Notes under the pieces: model-generated
Told to the model about the DNA's origin: nothing
Database searches by the model: none
Seen by the model: only the letters and a program-made list of their open reading frames with translations
Translations under genes and position numbers: made by a program
Shown here: positions 8,998-18,457 of the stretch, piece by piece
How positions within the stretch are numbered: position 1 is the first letter of the stretch
Layout: every line of letters begins with the position of its first letter
DNA from: Kofleriaceae bacterium
Lineage (GTDB): Bacteria; Myxococcota_A; Polyangia; Haliangiales; Haliangiaceae
Assembly (NCBI GenBank): GCA_035715365.1
Contig: DASTLB010000022.1
Location: forward strand, 144,242-208,241
Direction: 5' to 3'
Length of the DNA: 64,000 bases

Positions 8998-10816
8998 AGC
9001 CGGCGGCGCGCGCACGCTCGAACGCCGTCACGACATCGCGGTACGTCACCTCGTCCTCGCCGGCGAGCTCGACGTCGCTGCGGTCGACGAAGAACGCCGA
9101 CGCCTTGTGCGCGGCGAGCGCCTTCGCGAGCGCGTCCCACTCGCTGCCATCGCGGCGGATCTCCTGGAATTCGTTGACGCGCGACAGGCCGATCCAGACC
9201 GTGGTCTTCGTGACGAGGATCGACAGGTTGACGCGCTCGTCGTCGGCCACCGCGGCGCTCGGATCGCGCGCGAGCGCGGGTGCATTCCACCGGCCTCCGG
9301 TCCCGACCGGCACCGGGATCACCGGCAGCTTCGCGCCGAACGCGCGCAGCGGCTGCCACGTCGCTGGCTGGCCGGGTCGCGCGGTCGTCAGCGCCGCGAG
9401 CGAATAATCGGCGGCCGCCACGGCGACCGAGCCGAGCACGACGTTCACGATCTTCATCGGCGTCGCGTCGACGGGGCGGATCACGCCGGGCCCGCGGATC
9501 GCGACGACCGGCGCATCGGGCGCGCTCCACGCCTTGCGCTCGCCGTCGAGCGCCTCGTAGAGCAGTCCGATCTTGAAGCCGTCCTCGTGCATCGCCGCGT
9601 CGAGCGTCGCCATCGGCTTGCCGCCGAACACGACCGCGGAGCTCGTGATGTCGATCGCCGGCAGCGTGTCGAGCGGCATGTCGCCGAACGCGAGCGAGCA
9701 GCGCTGCGCGCCGCTGCCCGGGGTCGCGCGCTTCACGCCCTTCGCGGCTTTCGCGATGCATTCCGCCACCGCCCGGTCGACGCCGTGCACGGTCGCCTGC
9801 GTCGCGCTGCCGGACCCGTCGTAGTCGAGCTGCACGACGACCGCGCCGTACGGCCGCGGGTTCTTGCGCAGACACTCCTCGATCTCCGCGCGCCGGGCGA
9901 CGAGCGGATCGTGCGCGTCGGGCTGGTACGGCTTCGTCGGCGCGGGTTTCGGCGGATCCGCTGGCTTCGCTGGCTCGTCGGGCGGCGGTGGATCCGCGCT
10001 CGCGGGTGCGGGTGCTGGATCGGTGCTCCCGGCCGGACGGAACGTGAACGGATACTTCACGATCACGACGCCGGCGCCCTTCGGCTTCGGAAACTCGATG
10101 TCCTTGATCACGCCGGCGACGCAGCTCGCGACCTCCGGATCGAGGCCGGACGCCTTCGAATCGACGACGCTGCCGTTCGCGCCGATCGTGAACTGCGCGT
10201 TGACCGTGCCGGCTAGCTTCGGCTTCACGAGCAGCTGCTTCTCGTAGCAGTACGTCAGCTTCTGGAGGTTGCGCTTGATGTAGCGGCGGATGATCGCCTT
10301 GTCGAGATCACCCTGGGCGGCCGGTTGACCGATCGACGTCGTCGGTACGTTCGCGCTGCGACCTCGCAGACCGGTGCCCGCGCCGTGACCGATCGTCCCG
10401 TACTTGCCGGTGCCGATCGTGCCCCAGCCGGTGCCGCCGCCGCCCGGCCCGAACCCGGCGCGCCCGTAGCCGAAGCCGCCCTGCATCTCGCCGACTTCGT
10501 TGCCGAGCAGGCCGCCGTAGATGTTCTGGTCGTCGAACCCCGAGCCGATATCGCCGGTGCCGGTCAGCGACGCGAAGGCACCGCCGTTCGTGTCGGCGGG
10601 TTGCGGGTGCGGCTCGGCGGCGGGATCTGCGGCCGCGACCTTCCCCGAGTCGGCCTGCTCGGCGGTGAACGCCTCGGGCCGCGGCCCCGAGACCCAGCGG
10701 ACCTGCGCGCTCGCGCAATCGCCGAAGTCGACGCGCAGCGGTCCCTCGAACCGCGGCTCCTTCTTCTCGCAGCCGGTCGCGGCGACCAGCGCGACTGCAA
10801 CCACCCATCTCGACAT
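8942..10816 (-). CDS. lipoprotein with Gly-rich region, AgmX/PglI C-terminal (TonB-C-like) domain and ExbD/TolR-like C-terminus
   Basis: Lipobox LVAATGC; motif IRRYIKRNLQKLTYCYEKQL...VVIVKYPFTF (AgmX/PglI_C); Pro/Ala-rich linker; C-terminal ExbD-like segment. Confidence 0.6.
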   Translation of the reverse strand: MSRWVVAVALVAATGCEKKEPRFEGPLRVDFGDCASAQVRWVSGPRPEAFTAEQADSGKVAAADPAAEPHPQPADTNGGAFASLTGTGDIGSGFDDQNIYGGLLGNEVGEMQGGFGYGRAGFGPGGGGTGWGTIGTGKYGTIGHGAGTGLRGRSANVPTTSIGQPAAQGDLDKAIIRRYIKRNLQKLTYCYEKQLLVKPKLAGTVNAQFTIGANGSVVDSKASGLDPEVASCVAGVIKDIEFPKPKGAGVVIVKYPFTFRPAGSTDPAPAPASADPPPPDEPAKPADPPKPAPTKPYQPDAHDPLVARRAEIEECLRKNPRPYGAVVVQLDYDGSGSATQATVHGVDRAVAECIAKAAKGVKRATPGSGAQRCSLAFGDMPLDTLPAIDITSSAVVFGGKPMATLDAAMHEDGFKIGLLYEALDGERKAWSAPDAPVVAIRGPGVIRPVDATPMKIVNVVLGSVAVAAADYSLAALTTARPGQPATWQPLRAFGAKLPVIPVPVGTGGRWNAPALARDPSAAVADDERVNLSILVTKTTVWIGLSRVNEFQEIRRDGSEWDALAKALAAHKASAFFVDRSDVELAGEDEVTYRDVVTAFERARAAGFSDARVIHPYALSARPVQ

Positions 10817-10845
10817 CGCGCGATGCTACTGGATCGGACGACGCG

Positions 10846-11208
10846 ATGGCGAAGCAGAAGCCAGCCGACGAGACCGCACCGACCTCGACCGACGAGCCCG
10901 ACGCGCCCGACGAGGCGTTGCGCTGCACGCGGTGCGAGCACCGGATCACCGACCGCGCGTACCGCGTCGAGCGCGGCGGCGCGCACGAGCACACGTTCGT
11001 CAACCCGGGCGGCTTCGTGCACCACATCGGCTGCTTCGTCGCCGCGCCGGGCTGCGTCCACGCCGGCACGACCGAGACCGCGTTCTCGTGGTTCCCGGGC
11101 TGGTCATGGCAGATCGCGCTCTGCGCTCGCTGTCACGCGCACCTCGGCTGGGTGTTTCGCTGCGCGGGCGAACAGTTTCACGGCCTGATCCTCGCGATGC
11201 TGCGCTGA
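10846..11208 (+). CDS. CULT (cereblon-like thalidomide-binding) domain protein
   Basis: Two CxxC pairs (CTRC, CARC) and a tri-Trp pocket region (FSWFPGWSWQ...HLGW), as in bacterial cereblon isoform 4-like proteins. Confidence 0.65.
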   Translation: MAKQKPADETAPTSTDEPDAPDEALRCTRCEHRITDRAYRVERGGAHEHTFVNPGGFVHHIGCFVAAPGCVHAGTTETAFSWFPGWSWQIALCARCHAHLGWVFRCAGEQFHGLILAMLR

Positions 11209-11303
11209 CGCTTACGAATCCGCGTGCCGCCGTAGATCGCTCTCGCGTCAGGCGACCGTGAGCTGACCGCAGCGCGGGGTCGCCGGCTGCCTACGATGGT
11301 GCG

Positions 11304-11576
11304 ATGTCCAGCGACGACGCGCGTCCGACGACGCAGCTGAGTCCGGTCGAGCTGAGCGCGCTCGTGCGCGATGTCCAGCGGGTGACGGAGAGCCTCGAGG
11401 TCGAGGTGATCGTGGAGCGCGAGACCGCGGTGGCGCCGGCGGTGCGACCGCCACAGCCAGAGCCCGTCGTCGAGGCGATCGCAGCGCCGCGGCGCGGGCG
11501 GGCGTGGCTGGTGGTGGGATTTGTCGTCTGCGTCGCGCTCGGCGCGTTCGGCGCGTGGCTCGCGACGCGCGTGTGA
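11304..11576 (+). CDS. small membrane-anchored hypothetical protein
   Basis: High GC3; C-terminal TM segment (WLVVGFVVCVALGAFGAWLA). Confidence 0.4.
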   Translation: MSSDDARPTTQLSPVELSALVRDVQRVTESLEVEVIVERETAVAPAVRPPQPEPVVEAIAAPRRGRAWLVVGFVVCVALGAFGAWLATRV

Positions 11577-11599
11577 CCCCATCTGTTAGCCTGCAGATC

Positions 11600-13036
11600 A
11601 TGGAGCTGGACATGGTCGCGGTCGCGCGCCGCGTGCTCGTCGAGAACGGCTTCGAGCCCGAGGCGCCGCCCGGCATCGAGCACACGATCCCTCGCGATCC
11701 GCACGAGGACGCCGAGGACCTGACGCACCTCCCGTGGTCGTCGATCGACAACGAGGAGTCGCGCGATCTCGACCAGGTCGAGGCCGCCGAGTCCCTCGAC
11801 GACGGCGCGATCCGGATCTTTCTCGGGATCGCCGACGTCGACGTGTTCGTGCCGAAGGGCTCGCCGGTCGATCGCTTCGCGCACGCGAACACGACGTCGC
11901 TCTACACCGGCGTTCGCGTGTTTCCGATGCTGCCGGAGGAGCTGTCGACCGAGCGCACGTCGCTGCTCGAGGGAGGCGAGCGGTTCGCCGTCATCACCGA
12001 GATGGTGGTGCGCCGCGACGGCTCGCTCGACGATCGCGCATCGCGCGTCTACCCGGGGCGGATCCGCAACCACGCGAAGCTCGTGTACGAGCACGTCGGT
12101 GCGTGGCTCGAAGGCGACGATCGAGCGCGCCCGCGCGACGAGCGCATCGCCGAGCAGCTGAAGCTGCAGGACGAGGCGGCCCAGCGCCTGCGCCGCCGGC
12201 GCTGCGAGCTCGGCGCGCTCGAGCTCGAGACGATCGAGGCGCGGCCGATCGCGCGCGATGGCCGGATCGTCGATCTCGCGGTCGTCCACAAGAACCGCGC
12301 GCGCGAGCTCGTCGAGGATCTGATGATCGCGGCGAACGGCGTGACCGCGCGGTTCCTCGAGCAGCGCGGCTCGTCGTCGATCCGCCGCGTCGTGCGCGCG
12401 CCGAAGCGCTGGCCGCGCATCGTCGAGCTCGCGCGCTCGCTGCACCACGAGCTGCCCGAGGCGCCGAACGCGGTCGCGCTGTCCGACTTCCTGAGCGCGC
12501 GCCGCAAGGCCGATCCCGAGCACTTCGCGGATCTGTCGCTGTCGATCGTCAAGCTGCTCGGTCCCGGCGAGTACGCGCTGCAGCGCGCGACCGATCCGGA
12601 CCAGGGCCATTTCGGCCTCGCGGTCGACGACTACACGCACTCGACGGCACCGAACCGGCGCTATCCCGACCTCGTGACCCAGCGCCTGCTGAAGGCGGTC
12701 GCCGGCAAGCGGCCCGCGGCCTACTCCGACGACGAGCTGCTCGCGATCGCCGCGCACTGCACCGAGCGCGAGAACGCCGCGCGCAAGGTCGAGCGCACGA
12801 TCCGCAAGATCGCCGCCGCCGTGCTGCTGACGCCGCGGATCGGCGACACGTTCGACGCGATCGTCACCGGCGTCGCCCCGAAGGGCACGTTCGCGCGGCT
12901 GCTGCGGCCGCCCGCCGAGGGTCGCATCGTGCACGGCGAGCACGGGCTCGACGTCGGTGATGCGATCCGCGTCCGGCTCGTCGACACCGAGCCGATGCGC
13001 GGCTTCATCGACTTCGTCGCGCTCGGCCGTCGCTGA
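11600..13036 (+). CDS. RNB-domain exoribonuclease (RNase II/R family) with C-terminal S1 domain
   Basis: Motif SSIDNEESRDLDQVE (RNB active-site region); C-terminal S1-like fold; start at MELDM. Confidence 0.7.
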   Translation: MELDMVAVARRVLVENGFEPEAPPGIEHTIPRDPHEDAEDLTHLPWSSIDNEESRDLDQVEAAESLDDGAIRIFLGIADVDVFVPKGSPVDRFAHANTTSLYTGVRVFPMLPEELSTERTSLLEGGERFAVITEMVVRRDGSLDDRASRVYPGRIRNHAKLVYEHVGAWLEGDDRARPRDERIAEQLKLQDEAAQRLRRRRCELGALELETIEARPIARDGRIVDLAVVHKNRARELVEDLMIAANGVTARFLEQRGSSSIRRVVRAPKRWPRIVELARSLHHELPEAPNAVALSDFLSARRKADPEHFADLSLSIVKLLGPGEYALQRATDPDQGHFGLAVDDYTHSTAPNRRYPDLVTQRLLKAVAGKRPAAYSDDELLAIAAHCTERENAARKVERTIRKIAAAVLLTPRIGDTFDAIVTGVAPKGTFARLLRPPAEGRIVHGEHGLDVGDAIRVRLVDTEPMRGFIDFVALGRR

Positions 13037-13042
13037 CGCGGA

Positions 13043-13447
13043 TTACTCGGTGATCGCGGCGATCCGCTTCGTCAGCTGCTGCTGCGGCACGCTCGGCTCG
13101 ACGGTCTGCATCGCGACGATCTTCGCGAGGTCGCCCTCGACCTGCATCTCGCCGGCGAGGAACGCCTGCACGCCGGCGGCGGCGTCGGCCTCGAGGAAGA
13201 TCTTGCGCGCGAGCGCTTCGGTCAGCGTCAGCGTCGCGTCCGCGGTTGCCTGGTGCCCGGGATGAAACAGCCCGTCGACGAGGTGGATCGGCCGCGTGCC
13301 GGCCGGCGACGTGACGTTGATGTTCACGCGCGCCGCCTTCATCGCGTCGGGGATCTTCAGATCGCCGGCCGCCGCGACGAGCTTGTCGACTTCTGCAAAC
13401 CACAGGTCGGAGAGGAACGCATACGCCATGCGCCACCGTAGCGGCAT
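13043..13447 (-). CDS. SCP2 sterol-binding domain protein
   Basis: SCP-2 like pattern (WFAEV...HLVDGLF...LAGEMQVEGD); start ambiguous (13480, 13447 or 13429). Confidence 0.55.
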   Translation of the reverse strand: MPLRWRMAYAFLSDLWFAEVDKLVAAAGDLKIPDAMKAARVNINVTSPAGTRPIHLVDGLFHPGHQATADATLTLTEALARKIFLEADAAAGVQAFLAGEMQVEGDLAKIVAMQTVEPSVPQQQLTKRIAAITE

Positions 13448-13530
13448 GCGGGCGAGCCGCGCAACGTCGCGTGCCGGCACAACTTACACGCGGGATCGTG
13501 ATGGATCTTCGACGGCAGTCGTGCGTCGAG

Positions 13531-14217
13531 ATGGCCATGTCGAAACTGACCCATATCCTCGCTTCGCTCCTGCTCGCCGGCGCCGCCGGTGCCTGCGCTC
13601 CCTCGTTGACCTCGAACCACGCGGCGACCAAGCCGGTCCCGGTGCAGCCGGCCGTCCAGCTCGATCGCGCGAAGCTGCGCGCGAAGCTCGCCGCGCGCCG
13701 CGAGGTCGTCGTCCAGCGCTTCCTCGCGTATCGCGAGGGCCGCGTCTACCCGATCAACAACCTGCCCGGCGGCGGCTTCCGCCACGTCTGGATCGACGAC
13801 ACCGGCAACCTGTGCGCCGCCGCAACGCTCGTCAGCCGTGACTGGGGACGCGACGCCGCGATCGAGGCGATGCAGGGCAACCGCGAGATCAAGCTCGCCG
13901 ACGTCAAGTCCGGTCCGCTCGCCGACTGGATCCTGACCTCGGGCCTCACGCATGCCGAGATCGTGTCGATCCAGGTGCCGGGTTTCGACCCGTGCGATGG
14001 CGGCCGCTGCCGCCAGGACGAGACCGACCCGCGCCGCCAGGAGGTCGATCGGCTGTACGGCATCTACATCGACGTCGAGCGCCAGATCCGCTCGCTGTGG
14101 GACGAGAACCTCGACGCCGCGACCGACGCGCTGATGAAGCGCCCCGACCTCGCGCGCGCGGTGCTGAACGACCGCGTCGCCGGCCCCGGCCGCTTCGCGA
14201 AGTCGCCCGTCGGCTGA
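13531..14217 (+). CDS. hypothetical lipoprotein
   Basis: Signal/lipobox MAMSKLTHILASLLLAGAAGAC. Confidence 0.5.
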   Translation: MAMSKLTHILASLLLAGAAGACAPSLTSNHAATKPVPVQPAVQLDRAKLRAKLAARREVVVQRFLAYREGRVYPINNLPGGGFRHVWIDDTGNLCAAATLVSRDWGRDAAIEAMQGNREIKLADVKSGPLADWILTSGLTHAEIVSIQVPGFDPCDGGRCRQDETDPRRQEVDRLYGIYIDVERQIRSLWDENLDAATDALMKRPDLARAVLNDRVAGPGRFAKSPVG

Positions 14218-14237
14218 AGCTGGGGCATGCTCGCCGC

Positions 14238-15140
14238 GTGAGCCTCGAGTACATCTTCGACGACATCACGATCGCGTGCACGAACGTCGATCGCGTGATG
14301 TGGCCGGACGAGGGCATCACGAAGGCCGAGCTGATCGGCTACTACCACTACGTCGCCGACTACATGCTGCCCGAGCTTCGCGAGCGGCCACTCTCCGTCG
14401 AGCGTTACACGAAGGGCGTCGATCGCGGCGGCTTCTTCCAGAAGCACTATCAGAAGCACTACCCGGCGTGGCTCGACAAGGTCGAGGCCGGGACGAAGAC
14501 GCGCGTCGTCTATCCGATCGTCAACACGACCGCGGGCCTCGTCTACATGGCGAACCAGGGCTCGATCGCGTTCCACGTCTGGACGAGCCGCCGCGAGACC
14601 CTCGAGTACCCGGACCTGATCGTCTTCGATCTCGATCCGCCCGAGGGCAAGCTCGATCTCGTCCGCCAGACCGCGCTGATCTTGCGCGAGCTGTTCGAGC
14701 AGCTCGAGCTGCCCGCGTTCGTCAAGACCACCGGCGGCAAGGGCCTGCACGTCGTCGCGCCGACCGATGGCCGCGCCAGCTACGGCGAGGTCATGGCGTT
14801 CTGCAACCGCGTCGCGAAGCTGCTGTGCGATCGCTACCCCGACCTCATGACGATCGAGTTCTACAAGAAGGACCGCAAGGGCCGGCTCTACCTCGACACC
14901 ATGCGCAACGCGCTCGGCGCGACGATCATCGCGCCGTACTCGGTGCGCGGCCGGCCGGGTGCGCCGATCGCGATGCCGATCGAGTGGGCCGAGGTCGAGG
15001 ACCCGGCGATGGCGCCGAACGGGTTCCGGCTGCGCGACATCCGCAAGCGGATCGGCGAGCGCGGCGATCCGTGGGCGACGCTGCGCGATCGCGTCGGCTC
15101 GCTCGACGACGCCGAGGCCGCGCTCGAGCGGCTGCGCTAG
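14238..15140 (+). CDS. LigD polymerase (primase-polymerase) domain protein, stand-alone
   Basis: Strong similarity pattern to the NHEJ LigD Pol domain (FQKHYQKHYPAW, MVFDLDP, GGKGLHV, APYSVRGRPGAPIAMP); GTG start. Confidence 0.7.
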   Translation: MSLEYIFDDITIACTNVDRVMWPDEGITKAELIGYYHYVADYMLPELRERPLSVERYTKGVDRGGFFQKHYQKHYPAWLDKVEAGTKTRVVYPIVNTTAGLVYMANQGSIAFHVWTSRRETLEYPDLIVFDLDPPEGKLDLVRQTALILRELFEQLELPAFVKTTGGKGLHVVAPTDGRASYGEVMAFCNRVAKLLCDRYPDLMTIEFYKKDRKGRLYLDTMRNALGATIIAPYSVRGRPGAPIAMPIEWAEVEDPAMAPNGFRLRDIRKRIGERGDPWATLRDRVGSLDDAEAALERLR

Positions 15141-15146
15141 TTGTTG

Positions 15147-15632
15147 CTAATTGTTGCGTGCGGTCGCCGCCGCCCGCAGGGTGTCGAACACGAAGCGCTC
15201 GAAGCCTTCCTCGTCGGTCGGCGCGAACGTCGCGCCCCAGTTGCGATGCTTGCCGCCCTGCTCGCTCTCGCACACGATCGCGGTCGGCGCACCGCCGAGC
15301 TCGGTCGCGTACTCGCTGTGCTCGAGCAGGAACATCCGGGCGTACGCGCCGTCCTTGACGACGAACCGGATCGACCACGGCTCGCCGGTCTTCGTGACCT
15401 CGCGAAAGCTCATGTAGACGAGCGAGCCGTTGCCGAGCTTCTGGATCCCGTAGCTCAGCGGCGGGCGCGCGGGCGCGGTCGCGCCGGTGGTCGACAGCGA
15501 CCACGTCCACATCTGCTCGAGGAACGCGGGAGCAGCGTTGCCGTCGAGCCTCGTGAGGAAGCGCGCCGGATCCTGGTGGAACATCGGCGACAGCGCACGA
15601 TGGGCGAACGTCCAGAGCGTGGAGGGCGCCAT
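15147..15632 (-). CDS. hypothetical protein (about 160 aa)
   Basis: Clean ATG start MAPSTLWTF, diverging from the kinase-like gene; normal amino-acid composition, unlike the rest of the 995-aa antisense ORF it sits in. Confidence 0.45.
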   Translation of the reverse strand: MAPSTLWTFAHRALSPMFHQDPARFLTRLDGNAAPAFLEQMWTWSLSTTGATAPARPPLSYGIQKLGNGSLVYMSFREVTKTGEPWSIRFVVKDGAYARMFLLEHSEYATELGGAPTAIVCESEQGGKHRNWGATFAPTDEEGFERFVFDTLRAAATARNN

Positions 15633-15716
15633 ACCCGATCCTACAGCGTGATCGCGCACGATCGGAGGTCGTTGTCGCGCCGGGTTCGGGGCCGACGTGC
15701 TAGCGTCGCGGTGTAC

Positions 15717-16559
15717 ATGCTCGGCGCGGCCATCGGGAGGTTCCGCATCCAAGCTCGCCTGGGACGGGGCGGGTTCGGCGAGGTCTGGCTCGCGCAGCAC
15801 GAGGAAGCGCGCACGAAGGTCGCGATCAAGCTGTTCAACACCGAGGTCGCGGCGCACCCCGCGATCCAGCTGTGCTTCGACGAGGCGCGCCTGATCTCGC
15901 GCGTCGCGGCGTCGGGCATCGCGAAGGTGTACGACGCGAACGTGCTGTCGAACGGCGTCGCGTACCTGATCACCGAGTACGTCGAGGGCGAGGCGCTCGA
16001 CCGCCGGATCGCGCGCGGCCGCCACTCGGCGACCCAGCTCGCCGACATCATCGAGCAGACCGCGACCGCGCTCGTCACCGCCGCAAATGTCGGCGTGACG
16101 CACGCGAACCTCAAGCCGTCGAACATCTTCGTCGTGCCCGATCTCGATCGCGCGAGCGGCGAGCGCGTCGTCGTCGTCGACTTCGCGCACGCGAAGCTGA
16201 TGTCGGCGATGCCGGATCACGGCAACCCGACGTACATGGCGCCGGAGCAGATCGCCGGCGCGAAGTACGACTGGCGCGTCGACGCGTACTCGCTCGGCTG
16301 CGTCGCGTTCGAGCTCGGCTGCCAGCGCCCGGTGTTCACCGGCGACAGCTGGGACAAGCTGCGCTCGAAGCACCAGAAGGAAAAGCCGCCGAACCTGCGC
16401 TCGTTCGTGCCCGACGCCAGCGCCGCGCTCGATCGCCTGATCGCGCGCATGCTCGAGAAGAATCCCGCCGAGCGCCCGAAGTCGATGAAGGACATCGCGA
16501 AGCTGTTCCAGCTGATGGTCGGCCTCGAGGCGCCGCTCGGCGAGACCGTCAAGGACTGA
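15717..16559 (+). CDS. Hanks-type protein kinase-like protein, probable pseudokinase
   Basis: GRGGFGEVW, VAIK and APE motifs present; catalytic loop reads HANLKPSN instead of HRDLKPxN; DFA instead of DFG. Confidence 0.6.
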   Translation: MLGAAIGRFRIQARLGRGGFGEVWLAQHEEARTKVAIKLFNTEVAAHPAIQLCFDEARLISRVAASGIAKVYDANVLSNGVAYLITEYVEGEALDRRIARGRHSATQLADIIEQTATALVTAANVGVTHANLKPSNIFVVPDLDRASGERVVVVDFAHAKLMSAMPDHGNPTYMAPEQIAGAKYDWRVDAYSLGCVAFELGCQRPVFTGDSWDKLRSKHQKEKPPNLRSFVPDASAALDRLIARMLEKNPAERPKSMKDIAKLFQLMVGLEAPLGETVKD

Positions 16560-16580
16560 CGCGCGCGCTATCCTGACCCG

Positions 16581-18176
16581 GTGTCCGGCGCGCCGCTCGT
16601 GACGTACTTCGACCCGCAGCCCGCGCGCGCGGAGCTGCCGGACGTGCTCGCGAGCCCGTTCGCGCACGGCGAGCCGCATCCCCTCGCGCGCCGCGCCGCC
16701 GACGAGACGTTCGCGATCGTGCAGCGGCTCGACGTCGGCCTCGAGCGCGACGGCAAGATGTTCGGCGTGCTCGTCGTCGCGGATCGCGACGGTCGCATCG
16801 GCTACCTGCGCGCGTTCTCGGGGATGCTCGCCGGGAGCTGGCTCGTCGACGGCTTCGCGCCGCCGGTGTTCGATCGCGAGGTGCGCGATGCCGTCTGGCT
16901 CGCCGGCGAGCGCGAGCTCGATGCGCTCACCGCGGAGCTCGCCGCGCACGACCACGAGGCCGAGCCGCGGCGTCGCGCACGCGCGGCGCTGCAAGCCCGA
17001 CATGCCGCGGAGCTCGACGAGCTGCGCGCGCGACACCGCGCGAATCGCGAGGCGCGCAGCCAGCAGCGCGCACACGCCGCCGACGCGCACGCGCTCGATC
17101 AGCTGAGCCGCGGCGACAAGGCGGAGCGCCGCCGGCTGCTCGCGCGCCACGCCGACGAGCTGCGTCCGATGACAGACGAGGTCGCTCGGCTCGACGCCGA
17201 AGCGCGCCGCCTCGTCGACGAGCGGACGGCGCGATCGCAGGCGCTGTTCGATCACGTGATCGACAGCTACGTGCTCGCGAACGCGCGTGGCGAGCGGGCG
17301 CGGCTGCGCGACGTGTTCGCACCCGAGCTTCCGCCCGGTGGTGCGGGCGACTGCGCGGCGCCGAAGCTGCTCGCGGCGGCGTATCGCGAACGGCTGCGAC
17401 CGCTCGCGCTCGCCGAGATCTGGTGGGGCGCATCGCCGGCCACCGGTGGCCGCCATCACGGCCGGTGCTATCCCGCGTGCCGAGGCAAGTGCGGCCCGGT
17501 GCTCGGGTTCATGCTGCAAGGCCTCGCGGTCGAGCGCGCGCCGGTGTTCGCGACGGCGCACGACACCGAGCTGCGCGTCGTGCACGAGGATCCGTGGCTC
17601 GTCGTCGTCGACAAGCCGGCCGGCATGCTGTCGGTGCCGGGCCGCGACGCCGCGCTTGCCGACTCGGTGCAATCGCGGCTGCGCGCGCGCGACGGGGACG
17701 TTCGGCTCGTCCACCGGCTCGACCTCGACACCTCGGGGCTGCTCGTCGCCGCGAAGGATGCCGCGAGCCACGCCGTGCTGCAGGCGCAGTTCGCGCGCCG
17801 CGAGGTCGGCAAGCGCTACGTCGCGTGGGTCGACGGCGCGGTCACCGGCGATCACGGCACGATCGAGCTCGCGCTGCGCGTCGATCTCGACGATCGCCCG
17901 CGCCAGATCCACGACCCGGTGCACGGCAAGCCTGCGATCACCGAGTGGCGCGTCCTCGCGCGCACGCCGACGCGGACGAAGCTCGCGCTGTGTCCGCGCA
18001 CCGGACGCACGCACCAGCTGCGCGTCCATACCGCGCTCGGGCTCGGCGCGCCGATCGTCGGCGATCGGCTGTACGGCCACGCGGCCGAGCGCCTGCTGTT
18101 GCATGCCGAGGCGCTGACATTCACGCACCCGCACACCGGCGAGCGCGTCGAGCTCGAGTCGCCAGCGCCGTTCTGA
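16581..18176 (+). CDS. RluA-family pseudouridine synthase with about 300-aa N-terminal extension
   Basis: HRLDLDTSGLLV catalytic motif; GTG start. Confidence 0.7.
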   Translation: MSGAPLVTYFDPQPARAELPDVLASPFAHGEPHPLARRAADETFAIVQRLDVGLERDGKMFGVLVVADRDGRIGYLRAFSGMLAGSWLVDGFAPPVFDREVRDAVWLAGERELDALTAELAAHDHEAEPRRRARAALQARHAAELDELRARHRANREARSQQRAHAADAHALDQLSRGDKAERRRLLARHADELRPMTDEVARLDAEARRLVDERTARSQALFDHVIDSYVLANARGERARLRDVFAPELPPGGAGDCAAPKLLAAAYRERLRPLALAEIWWGASPATGGRHHGRCYPACRGKCGPVLGFMLQGLAVERAPVFATAHDTELRVVHEDPWLVVVDKPAGMLSVPGRDAALADSVQSRLRARDGDVRLVHRLDLDTSGLLVAAKDAASHAVLQAQFARREVGKRYVAWVDGAVTGDHGTIELALRVDLDDRPRQIHDPVHGKPAITEWRVLARTPTRTKLALCPRTGRTHQLRVHTALGLGAPIVGDRLYGHAAERLLLHAEALTFTHPHTGERVELESPAPF

Positions 18177-18182
18177 GCGGTG

Positions 18183-18446
18183 TTACGCGCGCTCGACCGG
18201 ACCGGCGCCCGCCTTCGCGGCGAGCTCGTCGACGAGCGCCTGGCGCGTCTGCTTGCCGACGATGCCGTCGATCTGGATCGTCGCGTGCGCCTGGAACTCG
18301 CGGACGGCCTTCTGCGTGTTCGGGCCGTCCTTGCCGTCGATCTTGCCCGGATCGAAGCCGAGCTTCGAGAGCGCCTTCTGCACGCCCTCCAGCTCGTCGA
18401 GGTTGATGTAGCCGAACTTGTCGGAGTTGTGCTCGAACTTGGCCAT
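18183..18446 (-). CDS. peptidoglycan-binding domain (PG_binding_1) protein
   Basis: Motif GKIDGKDGPNTQKAVREFQ...IDGIVG. Confidence 0.6.
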   Translation of the reverse strand: MAKFEHNSDKFGYINLDELEGVQKALSKLGFDPGKIDGKDGPNTQKAVREFQAHATIQIDGIVGKQTRQALVDELAAKAGAGPVERA

Positions 18447-18457
18447 GGCGTTCGCTC

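Noticed and set aside
15147-18134. 995-aa ORF on the minus strand
   Set aside because: Only its last 161 codons (15147..15632) look like protein. The rest is Arg/Ala/Asp-rich GC artefact antisense to the RluA and kinase-like genes.
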